DNA of 61,717 nt, filler included, from Choristocarpus tenellus KU-1152 (GCA_964200185.2; 11 parts of 11 records of this genome joined end to end with filler, not necessarily neighbours in it), one strand, 5' to 3'. Shown: positions 39,931 through 53,500, numbered from the whole stretch's first letter. A program made the numbers and translations. Notes: generated by a model not told the origin, from the letters alone.

Positions 39931-41241
39931 GGTTTATTAGCTTGTATCAAAGTTGAGAAGAGAGTGAGAAAACATCACCAGATGGGGCTCACCAAACCTT
40001 AAAGTAAATACCTCAGCAAAATCAAGAGACCCGACATTCGGCGAAACCAAGAGATCCCACAGTTCACTCCATTGAAGTATATCCCGAATGTATCGCAACA
40101 TCTTTTGAGCGTATATTCAATATGAGTTTGAATCTTATGTTATTCTCACAAGTGGACATGGATAATCTTGACACACTCCCTTGCCCTGACCGTGAAATGA
40201 GAATCAAATCAACCCAAAATATATTCCCAATATCAAATCTGCTCAATCTGCACACTTCGGATCTCATAAATGGACAGGCAAAATCTTGACACACTCCCCT
40301 GCCCTGCCCTGCCCTGCCCTGCCCATGCAGCGAGGATCAAATTAACTCAACCTGCACACTACCCCCTTAGTCACAGTGCATGATAGTTCCAGTGTGGAAT
40401 TCAAAAACGTTACTACTCAAAGGCCTTCGGGAACAAATCTCCATGCTGTTCATCTGAGTACACGGATACAATCTGTGTCTTCCCCTCCTTCACCAAGTTC
40501 CTGACATGATCATATCTAATATCTACATATCTAATATATCTACATATCTAACATCTACATATCTTGTCCTACCCCCCGAAGCTGTCTTCTCAGCCAACTT
40601 GATTGCCCCACTATTGTCTTCAAGCAATCACACTCAATTATTGTGCGTAATTGGCTCCAAAAAAAACATCGGACTCGCTGAAACAACATTACACCTAAAT
40701 CTAACCGACCGTGCAGATCGTCCACATCCATCAACGCGATAGACAGTATTCCGGGCGATACATACGCATTCTTGGTTTTTTCCCAGAAACAGGTGATAAC
40801 ACCAACAGTAGGGACATTAGTAGTGTCTAACGAGTTCTCATCACACTTAACTTTGCGTATCCCTTGTGAGAATTATTCCTCCTCCCCCAACGACGTACCC
40901 AACGAGAGACTTCGTTCCCTGTTGTCTCTGCAAGTCTAGATTCTAGCGTAGCCGATAGACCCGAAATTGTGACCGTCTCACTCACTTGCAAGCCTTGGTA
41001 GAACACAAGTCACCAAGATCAGACACCCACAACGACCACATCACATACACCAGATAACACTCCCAAAATTTACCACTTGAAACACATTCCAATTTGATGT
41101 TGACAACCTCCAACTACAACTGTTCCATCACAAGGCTTACTTAATTTAAACACGTCTTTACTACTGCCCGATGCAAAGCTGTGTGTGGCTCCACTATCCC
41201 AAATTCAAACATGAACCATGATAGTGTCTTGAATGGAAGTG

Positions 41242-41555
41242 TTTTTACCATATTATGCTACCAACATAAACTCACTTCATTAGATATTTTTAAAACCTCC
41301 CAACCAATCTCGACCTTCTTTTTTACCATATTATGCTACCAACATAAACTCACTTCATTAGGTATTTTTAAAACCTCCCAACCAATCTCGACCTTCTTTT
41401 TTACCATATTATGCTACCAACATAAACTCACTTCATTAGATATTTTCAAAGCCTCCCAACCAATCTCGACCTTCTTTTTTACCTTATTATACTACCAACA
41501 TAAACTCACTTCATTAGATATTATTAAAACCTCCCAACCAATCTCGATCTTCTTT
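41242..41555. repeat. 78-bp tandem repeat, about 4 copies
   Basis: The ACC of TTTTACC recurs at 41247, 41325, 41403 and 41481; copies differ by a few substitutions. Confidence 0.96.
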
Positions 41556-42335
41556 CGCCAAATCCGTCCGATTTTTCGTCCTCCTCTCCTTTTTCGTAAG
41601 TGGTCGAGTGGTGAAGGTACAGGCCAGCACCAGTCGGGGAATAATCCAATGATAATAATACAATGATAATAATACCCTCTGATGTTCCTTCGTCATCAGT
41701 GGCTCCCTCAATCCCAATGAGAAAGCGTGAATACGGACGGGTCTAGCCCCCACAGCCACCGCATCTCTAGCCCCATCCCCAACCCCGACCCCTTGCGCAG
41801 CTAATGTCCTGTGATGAATCTCACCCCCTCAACGGGTAATTGACGGTTCTTCAAATCCGTCATCAACGGGGTCCAGACTTGAACCAAATCTTGGCCTGGG
41901 TATCGTCTTGTTTGTCTTCCCTCCCTTCTTCGCCATGATAGATAAAAATCCAAATATTTTTGACTACGCAAAGCACGTTCATAAAGGGTGCTGTAGCAGG
42001 TTCAGCTGTACTTGGCGATCGATCTGTCGTCCCACACAACCAGTTGTATTATTATTGTTTATTATTTATTTTATTATTATTTATTGTTTATTGTTTATTA
42101 GCTTTTATCGCAGTTGAGAAGAGAGTGAGACACCATCACTACCGTGGGGCTCACCAAACCTCACAATAACTCAGCAAACCAAGAGACCTGACCCTCAGCA
42201 AAGTTCAAAGCCAAGAGGTCCCAAAGTTCGCTTCATTAAAATATTCGGAATGTCTTGCAACATCATTTGTGCGTATAATCAATATGATTTCGAATCTTAC
42301 GTTATTCTCACAAGTGGACAAGCATAACCTTGACA

Positions 42336-42470
42336 GGCGTGTATATACCACATCACATTGGGTGTGTATACCACACCTTGTTGGGTGTACATACTACACT
42401 TCATTGGGTGTATAATCCACACCTTGTTGGGTGTACATACTACACTTCATTGGGTGTATAATCCACAACA
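42336..42470. repeat. ~22-bp minisatellite with a 44-bp higher-order unit; continues on the far side of the copia element (~39788-39835)
   Basis: Units like GTATACCACACCTTGTTGGGT / GTACATACTACACTTCATTGGGT flank both ends of the element. Confidence 0.85.
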
Positions 42471-43472
42471 CACCCTTGAATGAACATCGACATATCCCAC
42501 CTAAATACATGTAAAACACACCTAACCCTAACCCTTGAAATGGGTACATGTACCCCACCACACCGTAGTGGATGTAAATACTATACCTTGAAGCAAAAGG
42601 GTGCGATGCAAATATCGCCACAAAAAAAAAAGTCTTACCAACAGGCAACACAATAAAAAATAAACACATACATAAACATACATAAACACTTTCACATGAC
42701 ACCATGACAACATGTGATGTAGCTACCTTTACTCCACGGTATACCTTTGAGGTGCTATTCCAATGCAAGATATAACCACGGAGTCCGTACTTAGTGTCTG
42801 CATGTAGCCATCAAAAAACATCAAAAAACATCAAAATAAACAAATAAATAAATCGCACGTCTCTGTAGATATTCCTTGGATTTCCACTTTACCAGGCGTG
42901 TCCAAAACAAACGCCTGGTGAAATAGGAAAGTCGTATCAACTGTGCTTTACTTACTCCCAACACAGCATTTTTCAACTGATTCCGAAAATGACAAGCAAA
43001 AAAAAATGTAGCACCAGCCAACCAACTCAATATCCAACCAACTGTTGTACAGCTTATTTGAGCCCAATCTTCATAACACTCCACCCTATGGAGATAAACC
43101 ACAAAACCCCATAACCCTAACATTCAAACCACCAGGACAAAACAAGAGCCCTCACACCTCTAATAAAATAATAAAGATGTATATACATACATACATACAT
43201 ACATTATTTTTTCCATGTTTTTTGTTAACAAGTCATGTGTTCACTTCGGAGAGGGAGACATAATAACCACCTTCTTCCTTCCTCCCCCCCTCCCCCCCAC
43301 AAAACCCCCACCTCCCTCCCCCCACCCCCACAACAAAAAACAAAAANNNNNNNNNNNNNNNNNNNNNNNNNNNNNNNNNNNNNNNNNNNNTTAATTAATT
43401 AANNNNNNNNNNNNNNNNNNNNNNNNNNNNNNNNNNNNNNNNNNNNGGGGAGGATGGGTGCAAACCCGGGCA

Positions 43473-43504
<32 letters not shown>

Positions 43505-43506
43505 AG

Positions 43507-45176
43507 GTGGATGCACGGGGGGATAAAGTCGTTCAGGTGGACCATTCCAATGCAGTTGTCACAGGACAGGTGAGAGGAGTGACTTGTGCCTGTGTGTGTT
43601 ACACCTACCCACTCCTCCCTCCCTCAATATTCCCGTTGTGCTGTTGTTGTCTTGGGTGTCATAGCTTCTTAAGAGTGTACCTTTTTTTGTCTCTATCCCA
43701 ACAGAAATCCGATCTATCACCCATCTATCATTCACTAATTCACCCACTCATAATATCTATATGATGATATGTGATGATATTGATGGTATGCTTTTCATCT
43801 CCTCGCCGCCCATCCATACATCCATACATCACTCCCAGACTTGTACTAACATATAGTAATGGAGCCCTCCCTCCCTATCCTGACAAGATGCAATTACTCA
43901 CACGACATGCTATCTGTCTCTTCTCTTTTTTTCTTCTTTTTTTTATGGTGTTCGCTACTGTTGTGAGTCACAGCGATTCAACACTACATCAAATGTAACA
44001 GACATCAAAAAGCAAGGGGTTTGATTGCATTTTGTTTCTTGTCTAGCATGTGTGTGTGTGAGTGCACTACTGTTGTGAAGTCTGCCACGCAGGTTTCGGT
44101 TCTGACCGCAAGCACCATAAACAACTTCTTTTTTTTCTCAATCAGACTTTTTTTTTTGCTTTGTGAACCGCTGAATTCGCAGCACTGCCTCCAACTCTAT
44201 TGTTGTGTGTACTCCAAAGTATATACACCTTGAATCATAGAATCACTATTTATGGAAACTTGCAAGGAGTGAAAGTATCTTAGAGGGTGCGAGTTTTGCC
44301 CTGTTTGTCCATTTGGGGCTTGGCTTCCCATGGGGTTTTTTATGAGATTTTACCTACTCCAAAATGTTTCGGAGTAGGTAATGTTTCGGAGTAGGTAAAA
44401 TGTATACATTATGCATAGGTGTGTCCGGAACAAGGATATTGATGTGTCCTAACAAACACGATAGCCAAAATTGCATCAAAATTGCAACATTGCATTTTGA
44501 CCTCCCAAATGGACTGGTCTGTACCCTTTAAGATGCTTTGGCTCCAAGGCAATAATAGTGTCACTGCATGCGTGCTGTTGCAGGGGCAACGAGCAGAAGG
44601 TGGAGGAGACCAAGAGCTGGAAGAGCTCAGAGCAGCGTTGGAGTCGGAATTGGACGGGTACAGGAGGACGCACTTTTCTGTTGGAGACAGGTTTGAAATT
44701 TGTACTCTTTTTTTTTGTACACTATATTTTTTTCTGTTTTCTACAATGAGGATGGCTTCAAATACTCCTGCTATTGAACAGGAAATATGTCTTGGTAGAG
44801 ATTGTGATGTACTGGTCGTGGTGAACACCTTGTTGTAGGGTTAGGGTTAGGGTAGTATATGATGTAATTTTTACAAGTTTTTTATGTTCGTGTGTGTTGA
44901 TCGGACTCTGGGAGGTCACCTGTTAATTCAACCCACAGTTCGGAGGACCACTGACTGTTGTATAATAGACTCTTCTGTTTGGTGGTCACTGAGTTGTGGT
45001 TTAGGGTTAGGTATTTGCACCATGTAGATTTGGGCTAGGGTTGGTGTATCCCATCCACCTTGTGCTTATCATCAGGGTATTTTTTTTTAGTTTGTATTGA
45101 AGTCAGGAGTTGATGTTGATGCGTGTATTTTTGGATTGGTCCTTTTTGTGCTCTGATACTAGAGGGAGGCACACAA

Positions 45177-45209
<33 letters not shown>

Positions 45210-48200
45210 CCATGGTACTTAGGTCTTGTATAGATGAGGTGGCGTGACTTTACAGACATAGGGGAACAAGTACATTGCAGGTAAACTCAAAGCGGGTGCA
45301 GATCCTGAAATTGTTGTTTGTCGGGGTAGGTATGGTGTAGCCCTGTAGGGTGACTTCGAGCAGCACCGCCACCGTGAGAGCCAGAACTAACCCGCCTGAT
45401 GAAGAAGAAAACCCTTGAAGGGATGGAGGCATATGCATGCACGCATACAGACAAGTGTGCGCGGGTATGCTGTGTACAGTAGTACATAGTAGGGAGTATT
45501 GAACTTTGGAGAAACTTTTTGTTTGTATACAATGTGTGGTGCACTGCTGCTACTGCTGCTGCTGGTGGTTTCCTGTGATGCAAAGATATCCGACCAATGA
45601 GACGCTCTTACATCGTGTGTAGTGGTTACCACTGATTGATTCCCTGTGTTTAAAAAAACATCCGACCAATGATATTCTCTTGCCTGTATGACGCAAGTGG
45701 ACACCTCTGAACACACATTTGTGTCCCCATGGTAAGCTGTCCACAAGGGGCTGTACTGTAGTGGTGGTGGTGGTGATGGATGGAAACTATCCACTGCTAA
45801 GGTGTGTCCCGACAGTGTGGGGGGGTAAGGTCAGGAGGTGGGCTTAATCGGGGTCTCACAAGTGTCTTTTTAAACAATTCTACATAAGGGTGTGTGTGAA
45901 ATAGAGCAAATTGTTGTATCAGCTGGGGAGCCTGTCGTCTTGGAGGAAATAGTTAATTTCCAGAGAGGTAAGAGCACAGGGTTTTTTGGTATGATATCAC
46001 ACAGTACAGTTTCTATTTTTGAAAAGAAAAATGATTGGGGGGAAGGGGGGGGGGGAAAGCTTTTGCCACCATTCCCTGGTATAGTACTTCCCATTAGTAC
46101 ATACATGTGTGGTGTGTGTGTATGATTCATTATCCGGCTTGTGCTTCAATTTATTACCTACCACTACTACACACAGAGCAGTATTTAATAGCTTATCGTT
46201 GCCCTGCTGCTGAATCTGCTTGCTTTTGTTGTTGAAACAAGGTCTTCAGGCTGTGTATTCTCAAGAGCCAGCAATGATTCGCTTGTTGTGTACATTTCCA
46301 GCACCAAGCTCAATCTCCGGAACTGGTGGAGTGGGAGCTGGATGGGGCGGTGAGTCTCTTCTTCTCCCCTCGTCCCTCTTGTTTTGTGTCTGCCGAGGAT
46401 TTGTTTGATTTTTTGCGCAGAATAATTGTTTCAAGCCGAGTTGAAGTTGAAGCGTTCAACAACTCAGGTGGGGCCTGGTGGAGTGATTCGCAACTTAGCA
46501 GGTTGTAGGCTCTCCTGCAGCTCGAGCGTAGAATATGGCAGATGTTGATTATGCTAGGTGTTTGCTTACGGTAGATGCTGATCGTGTCGGTGTCTGTACA
46601 AGTGTATGGTTTGAATAGATGCTTTGTTGTACTAGGATCTGTTTAGCGTCAGTTCAAGACTTCTTTTTTTTCTTCGTCGAAGCAAACAATCTGAAGTGAT
46701 GCTCGCTAGAGGATGTAGTGCCCTCTCTCTCCATATATATATATATATATATATATATCGCTGCATGTTATATCCTAGATGATTAAGGCAGGAAATGGAC
46801 CGAGCACTATTGTACACACATGTAGGGATCATTGCTTTTTGGGATACTGAATAGGAACGGTGTGTATGTAGTGTTGAAAGCGAATCTGAAAATGTATCTG
46901 AATGAGGACAGGGCAGCGCTCAATGTGTGTGTCCTGTTTGAAGTGAATCTGAATGAGGACAGCGCAGTGCCCGAATCTAGGTGTGTGTGTATTTGTGTGT
47001 TTGATCTGTGTTGAAAAAAAAAACAGCAACTTTTCGAAGTGGAGATCGAATTGGGTGATTCAAAGTCAATGAAGAAACTGAGAAATCGCCTTCAGTGCTC
47101 CAAACCTCTGGACGTAGGTAAGCTTTTTGTGAGCTGGAGGGGGGGGCAGTATGAAGGACAGAGGGTCTGGGCCAGGCAATCCACCGCGGTGTATGGAGTC
47201 CTGTCTTCTTGGATGTTTTGCTGTGATTAAGTGTCGTGTATACGTGTAAGAGCCTTTTGGGTAACGTGATTAGGTGGTGCATCCAGGGATGAGCAGTAAC
47301 AATTGAACACATTCCGACCAATTATAATCATCTACGCTCAGTTGTTCTTACGATTTTTGTTGTTGTTGTTGAAAAAAATATTCTGATTCAGAGCACTAGA
47401 GATTAGTGTTCAAGCCGTTGGATATGAGATTCCTTGTGGGGAAACAGCCTGGCTAGGACCTTTCAGTTGCCACGATTCACTAAGCACAGGCTCGTTGCAG
47501 TATTGAACGTAATGACTGTGTATCTCTACCGATTTTCCCGTCAACCAAACGCCTGGCAAGTGTATTGAATGTCGACATGTGATCCATGCGCGAAAATATT
47601 GATGTTGGTTTTTTTCACCATATATTTTTTGAAGCCGTCTTTTTTTTCCTGGGGTTTTGTAGTAGCACCTCTCAACTGTGGGGTAACCGGTATGCTCAGT
47701 GACCCCACCCCGTTCAAATGTTTGATTGAGTATACGATCACTTGGTTTTAGGCTGCTGTGGTTGGACACTAAAACCTAAGTCTGCAAAAGTGTTTGGTGG
47801 AGATAGTTAATCACTGTTCAGAATGGCGCTCACGTTATTAAAATTACAACAGCATAGTGAGAAGACCCATGGTTCAGGGGAGAGCAAACTTTTTTGTGGT
47901 TTTTTAACTTCTTTTTTTTACTGACATTCTCCAACGCATTGGTCTCCCCCTCCCTTCACCCCCCACGGGTGGTTTGTTATCCGTTGTTCCTGGCGTGTGA
48001 TAGCTATGTTGTGGAAATCAGGAGCAGCAAGGGAGGGGGGGGAGGGGGGGGGACAGCTGTTGTGGGGGGAGCAGTCAAGGTGCGTGGCCACTACTTCGAG
48101 AACGGTAACATCCAGCTTCAAACAACCAAGGAAGTCCAAGAGGTCACAGTGGAATTTGAGGTAAGAGGGGGTAAACACGTTTGAATCTACACTGTGTGTG

Positions 48201-50594
48201 TTGATGGAGCAGAAGGTTTGAATTGAAGGTCACATGTAACTCAAATGTCTATTTTTCCCCACGTGTCTTAAGATCGACTGTTCCTGTTTGAGTCTGACTT
48301 TGGTGGGCAGAGTAGAGGTCCATCTGTGTGTTGCTCCGGCTTCACTTCATTACTATTGTTGTTTTTCCTATGGTAGAAGGCATTTTTATGAAGCTGATCA
48401 TAATACTCTGAACGAATGAAGTGTGCTTGGTAGGAGGAGTTCATTACCATGGGTGGATACTGTTCCTGTTAACTGTTCTATTGTGATGATCCCTCGTGCC
48501 TTAAGTGCTCGTTGGGTGTACATGCCATGCCATGGATAATGCATCCGTAAGCTGTGCCAGTTACATGGCAACCTTCAGGTAAGGGTTAGGGAATGCACTT
48601 CGAGGACCGTTTTTGTTGTGTCAAGAATAATCGATCGATGTCTGGTGCAGTCAAGACTCTGTGGATTTTGTCTTCCTATTTAGGGCTGCGCAGTAAATGC
48701 TCTCACCTCAGAGAGGTGTAAAACATAAATGGTGCAGGTCAAGATGTTGTTAAAGACAACTATAGTGTTCCAACATACTCTGCGGAAGAAGCGGGCTCTG
48801 AGCATCGCCTCGAACAGTTTATGGTGTGTAGAAGATGTCCTCTAGGTGTTGTCCTGTCCTTAACAACCTTCATCTTGGACTGAAGCAGGGAAGTAGAACA
48901 TAGGCAAGAAATCGGCAGCGCGATGATCTTTGAAGACGGCTCAGAGGTTCTAGCCAGCAAGGTGGTGTTTGGGGGGATTGGTGGATCGGTGTCACATTAT
49001 AGGGTGTACCTTCAATGTACACATAAATTGCTGATGGTATATATATATATATATATTTCATGCTTCATACTATCATTGGTTTCTTCTTGACAGTCATGTA
49101 CTGTTCCGTTGACTCTTTCCACTTTCGTGTTTAGATCCCTGGTTCCTGGGGATGTGGAATTCAAGCATTGTCCTGAAAAAACACATGTTTGAGAGGGAAT
49201 GGGGTCTGAGTAATGTCATTGATGTTGTGAATTATGGAGCAAATTTGCTCTGAGTGTCACGAGGCAATGGTAGAGTTGAGTGTTGGGCTGTTCAATGAGT
49301 ACATATATATATACATATATATATACAAAATTATTCAAAAGAGAGGCCTACTTTTTCTTATGTGTACAGACATGATCGTTTGACATTTCCAAAGCATCCA
49401 CTGGTTGTACGGGCATCATATTACGTGGCGCTCACAGTCACGGTATTGTTGGTATCACCGATTTCATCACCCTCAATTGCAAGGAACATAACCTGTGGTT
49501 AGGAAGTGAGTTGGTTCCCATCAGATACTTCTGTACAGCGCTCATTGTTCTACATAATGCTAATTATTTTGTGTTTCGGTTTTTCATTGGCGTAGAAGGT
49601 GAAAATACCCTGAACGTCGGAAGCTAGAGCACTCGTGTGTTGAAGCACGGTGGATCAAAGCACAAATGTTGAACACAAATGTTGAGCAGTGCTGATTGGT
49701 TGACCTTCGTTGTGAACTGCACCCCAAATTCTTCGTCTCCTCCTTGGTGGGCACTGATGCCCTGGGGCTGCCTGAACACTCAAGCGTAGGAGATACTTGA
49801 ACCCATTCTGTGTGCATTCCCCTGTTGCCCTGCCCGTTTGCACTGCCCTCCCAATCTCACGTTTGCTCACATTAACTCAAATCAATACGTGCGTGAACTG
49901 CAACAGGGTCCGGCTTCTCTGGCAGAGGCAGTGGTAAAGCGCTTGGCTGAAGTGGAAGGAGAGCTACATGAGGGGCTGGAGGACACCTACGATAAGATGG
50001 GAAGCGTCACGCTCAGGCACGATGGATGGCCTCCCAATAGTGGTGGGGGGTACAAGCAAGCAGTATGTGATGGTTGCTGTCTAAGAAAGGTCTTGAGTAA
50101 TTCTATGCAAGTTCTTGCTTCAGATCTTGTGCGAGACGTATGTCAACACGTGGGTGCATGGACGATGTGTTTTACCCTCTCGTCAACGCCCTTTTGTTTT
50201 TTTTCTTTTTTTGCCTTTCCACCACGTGTTGGCGTATACACACTTTGATTTAAAAAAATTGGTGTAGTTTTTGTGCACTCTAGTGCATCATCACAGCTTT
50301 TTCGCAGTAACAACTGTTGGGTTTTTTTTTAAGAAATGGCCTGTCGCCGTTATATGGTTCATTTCATTCAGTACATCATTGCACTCTGGAATTGCCCCCA
50401 CAGCCGTACATACCCCTCTCTCACACCTCCTTTTCACCTACGTGCCGCCACCACCCCCCACCCCCCCATGGCGATTTCAACCTTTGCTTTTCAGGAACAT
50501 GCGGCGCACCAAGCCTATCACTGCTGACAGATTCTCTTGGAATATAGCCCATATTCGGATGCGCAATACGCTGACACAGTCTTCATCGAAGTGA
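43507..50594 (+). CDS. CAPZA: F-actin capping protein subunit alpha, 5' part missing
   Basis: Phase-consistent exons 43507-43569, 44584-44690, 46242-46349, 48004-48160, 49907-50016, 50495-50594. Motifs: VVQVDH, ELRAALESELDGYRRTHF, KLNLRNWWSGSWMGRY, GAVKVRGHYFENGNIQLQTTK, LEDTYDKMGSVTLRNMRRTKPITADRFSWN. Confidence 0.93.
44267..44544 (-). mobile_element. MITE family A copy in a CAPZA intron
   Basis: GAGTGAAAGTATCTTAGAGGGT ... ACCCTTTAAGATGCTTTGGCTC; CAAG on both sides (4-bp TSD); hairpin TACCTACTCC-N10-GGAGTAGGTA at 44351-44380. Confidence 0.92.
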
Positions 50595-53500
50595 TTTATC
50601 AACAAGGGTAGTCCTGCTTTATGTGACCATTACGTGACTGTGGCGATACACAAGTCTTGTTGAATATTATTGGCAGGATAAACATTGTTACATTGTTACG
50701 TGGTTCGATGTAGTGGCAGTTGTACAAGGACAGGACATCAGTACGGCAGAGCACAGTACAGTATTCATCTTGGACGATCGGGGTGAAATCCCCAATAGTG
50801 AGTACTATAATTATTATAATTGTACAGTACTAGTGGAACTGTAGTGGTGGAGAAGCGATGGCAATGAGAACGACCACAGCACTGTGTGGTACTGTTTTTT
50901 TTAGAAGAGTGCACAGAAAGATCGGTCCCAGGATAATTGTTCAGTTATGTGCGCATTACAGACAGACTATGCACACTTGCTGATTTTATGGCGTTTTTCG
51001 TGGCCAGAGTGATATTTTTTTATCTTGTAGTGTGCTGTCTCTCGTTGTCTCTGTGTTTGTCTCCCTCTCCGTCTCTTTCTGCTTCTTGGTCACCCGGGAC
51101 AACTTCTTGCTAAAGAGGTGGTGGAGTAAAGTTGAGCGAAGTGGAGTTGTAGACCTGACTTGATGGTGTACGTGAGACCGCATAGTTTGAAATACCGTGG
51201 CAAGGTAAGGGATAAAAAAAAGAGTAAGTTATCTAATTTGAACTCCTCTAGTCAACCTAGAATTCCAGTGTGTTTTCAAGATTAACACTATTAGTACTAC
51301 AGTAGGAATAATAGTCAATGCTTTATATATTATACTTTCAAAAAAATCGCAAGGGGGTAGGAGGAGACACGATACATACATATTATTAGTAGAAGCAACT
51401 GCATTTGTATATGTGAATGTATTTATGTACTTACTATAGTACATAGAATTAGGGGAAGGGGGTGCTCCAATTGTGTTATTTATTTGTCACATTGAGTCAG
51501 TTGGATGGCACATACTACTTACACACCCTCAACAACCTTTTTGTATTCAATGATCACAGATGGATTGCTTGTTTGGGATGACCCCTTCAACTGAATGGTC
51601 ACTATCTATTTGTTCAGTACTGTTCAACATTCATTCGTAACTCTGTGAACTTGGTTTCTGTGATGATGAAACTCGTCCTACTATGTAACTTCACCCCAAG
51701 ATTGCGGTTGGACGTTTGGGTTGAGATTACCGTACTCATATGACCCTTGTTGTTCAGCCTAATGATTACAAGCGTTTGAAGATGCCATTTTGTGCCATTA
51801 CAGAAAGAGCCTTTGTGCACTGTGGTGCCAATTTGTGTGTGGAAAGGGGGAATATCAGTTTTCCACGCATTATTGTGCACATAAAGCAATGAAGTAGAGT
51901 GCATTGTACAGGATAAGAAGGGTGACTTAGAATGCACAAGGGCCCAAACCTGCTGTTCGCATCCAAGGTTTGGCTCCCTTGACTCTTTCCAGGTACCAAG
52001 CATACAGAAGGAGTAGAGTTCCCTTGCGGTGCGTTTCAGGTAGAACTCTTCTTTCGTTTACCGTCACATCTAGGTATGTATGTGACTTTGCAGCAGTCCC
52101 TCCTTAGAAGAGGAAAAACCAAGCCATCCATAGAAAAATAGAAAGGACACTACCTCCCATCAAACTGAGTGGTGAAAACCAGAATTGTTTCTAGGTACGT
52201 GTAAAATTGAGTCCATCTGCCAGGTGCCAGGTGTGCCCATCAACATGAATGAGGGAAGATGGTAATGAAGACCGTGATGGACTGATAAAAACAAGAAGGG
52301 GAACTCTAGGGCTTGATCTCGAGGACCCTCACTCACCTTCCCACCCAGTAAGGTGGACGAGCAGAAGAGAACAAGGAAAAAATCCGCCCATGCAGGCTCA
52401 AATTTGGTGTAATGAATTTGCTCATTGCCCAAATATGCTGAGGGGAGGTAAAGGAAAACCTCAAGCCCAGGAGGCAGGTAGGCAGTGAAGATGCTTGCTG
52501 AATAGGACCTACCTCTTTGTCACCACAGATAATAAGTGTGGTCATACTAGCTTTCCCTCTCTCACTATGTGCTTTGCAGCATATTGCTGTTTTAGTGGAG
52601 GTGAATATGAGTGAGTGATAGAAGGAGTTGGATATTGGAAATTGGTAGGATAGAAGTTACAATACGTGGGGTGGCATACACCATATATAATAGTTTAGTT
52701 ATTTGAGGGACTGATTGTCGCCAAGACCACCACGTCACACTGCATGTTATGCGTGAATGAGTGCTTGGTGTAACAGGATTTAGGATTACAACAATTGGTG
52801 AACACATCAGGAGACTTCTCGACTCTTCGGGAGAGTATATACACTTTTAATACATAATACGTCATCAATTGTTGCGTGAAATGAGGTGGCAATTGATTGT
52901 GTTACTCCAACTTTAAGGGGGTAATGAGCCAAACCAATTGAGAGGTAGGAAGGTTTGGACCCTTTTTCGTTCTAAGTCATTGTTCTTACCTGTTCAGCAC
53001 ACTCTATTCTAGTGCTTTATGTGCACCATAGTGTGCGCAATATTGATATTCCCCCTTTCCACACACACAAAGTGTCACCACAATTAAAAGCAAAGGCTCT
53101 TACTGCAATTGTACAAAATGGTGTATTTTTGTCTTTTTGGGGAGGGTCCTTCAAATGCAACCCTGCATCAGTTAAATATTGATTATCTAAGGCCAAAAAC
53201 AAGGATTAGGGGTGTGAAGTTTTTTGGTATGGAAGGGAAAATATGGTAAGGTTACGTAACAGAATTGTTGTCATCGTATGAAGGAGGAGAATGCAGGAGG
53301 AGAGTAAATCTTAATAATATCGTCAAGCCAGAATTTTGACAGATAATTCAAACAAGGCATCAAACAGTCGATTTCAATAATTGAGGATGGAGCTTTTCAT
53401 TGAGGATGGGCTTGATCCAAAATTAACTGGGATAAAGTGTCGATATGTTTTCTTTTTATAAAAAAGAATTTACCAACTTTTTAACAATGATTCAAATATC

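Larger units (their letters stand above)
39836..42335 (-). mobile_element. Internally deleted Ty1/copia LTR retrotransposon (2.5 kb) with both LTRs and 5-bp TSD
   Basis: LTRs 41999-42335 and 39836-40173 (TGTCAAG...CTTAACA on minus). TSD GGCGT at 39831-39835 and 42336-42340. PPT AAGGGAGTG abuts the 3' LTR. Protease IWDSGATHSF (~41205-41176), pre-integrase MDVDDLHGRL (~40731-40702), then directly RNase H LEDNSGAIKLAEK..GRTRYVDVRY..VRNLVKEG..EQHGDLFPKA (~40625-40420). Confidence 0.92.

Noticed and set aside
41181-41666. 161-aa ORF with 26-aa repeats as a real gene
   Set aside because: Antisense to a copia relic and generated by the 78-bp tandem array.
41868-41890. tRNA T-loop-like GGTTCAAGTC on the minus strand
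   Set aside because: No cloverleaf or A box; lies within the 5' coding relic of the copia element.
42336-42470. CRISPR-like array
   Set aside because: Head-to-tail ~22/44-bp units with no unique spacers, no cas genes and a eukaryotic context.
46421-46501. Alternative CAPZA exon (IIVSSRVEVEAFNNSGGAWWS)
   Set aside because: Phase-compatible, but 46242-46349 carries the real NLRNWWSGSW motif; the donor is weak and similarity is poor.
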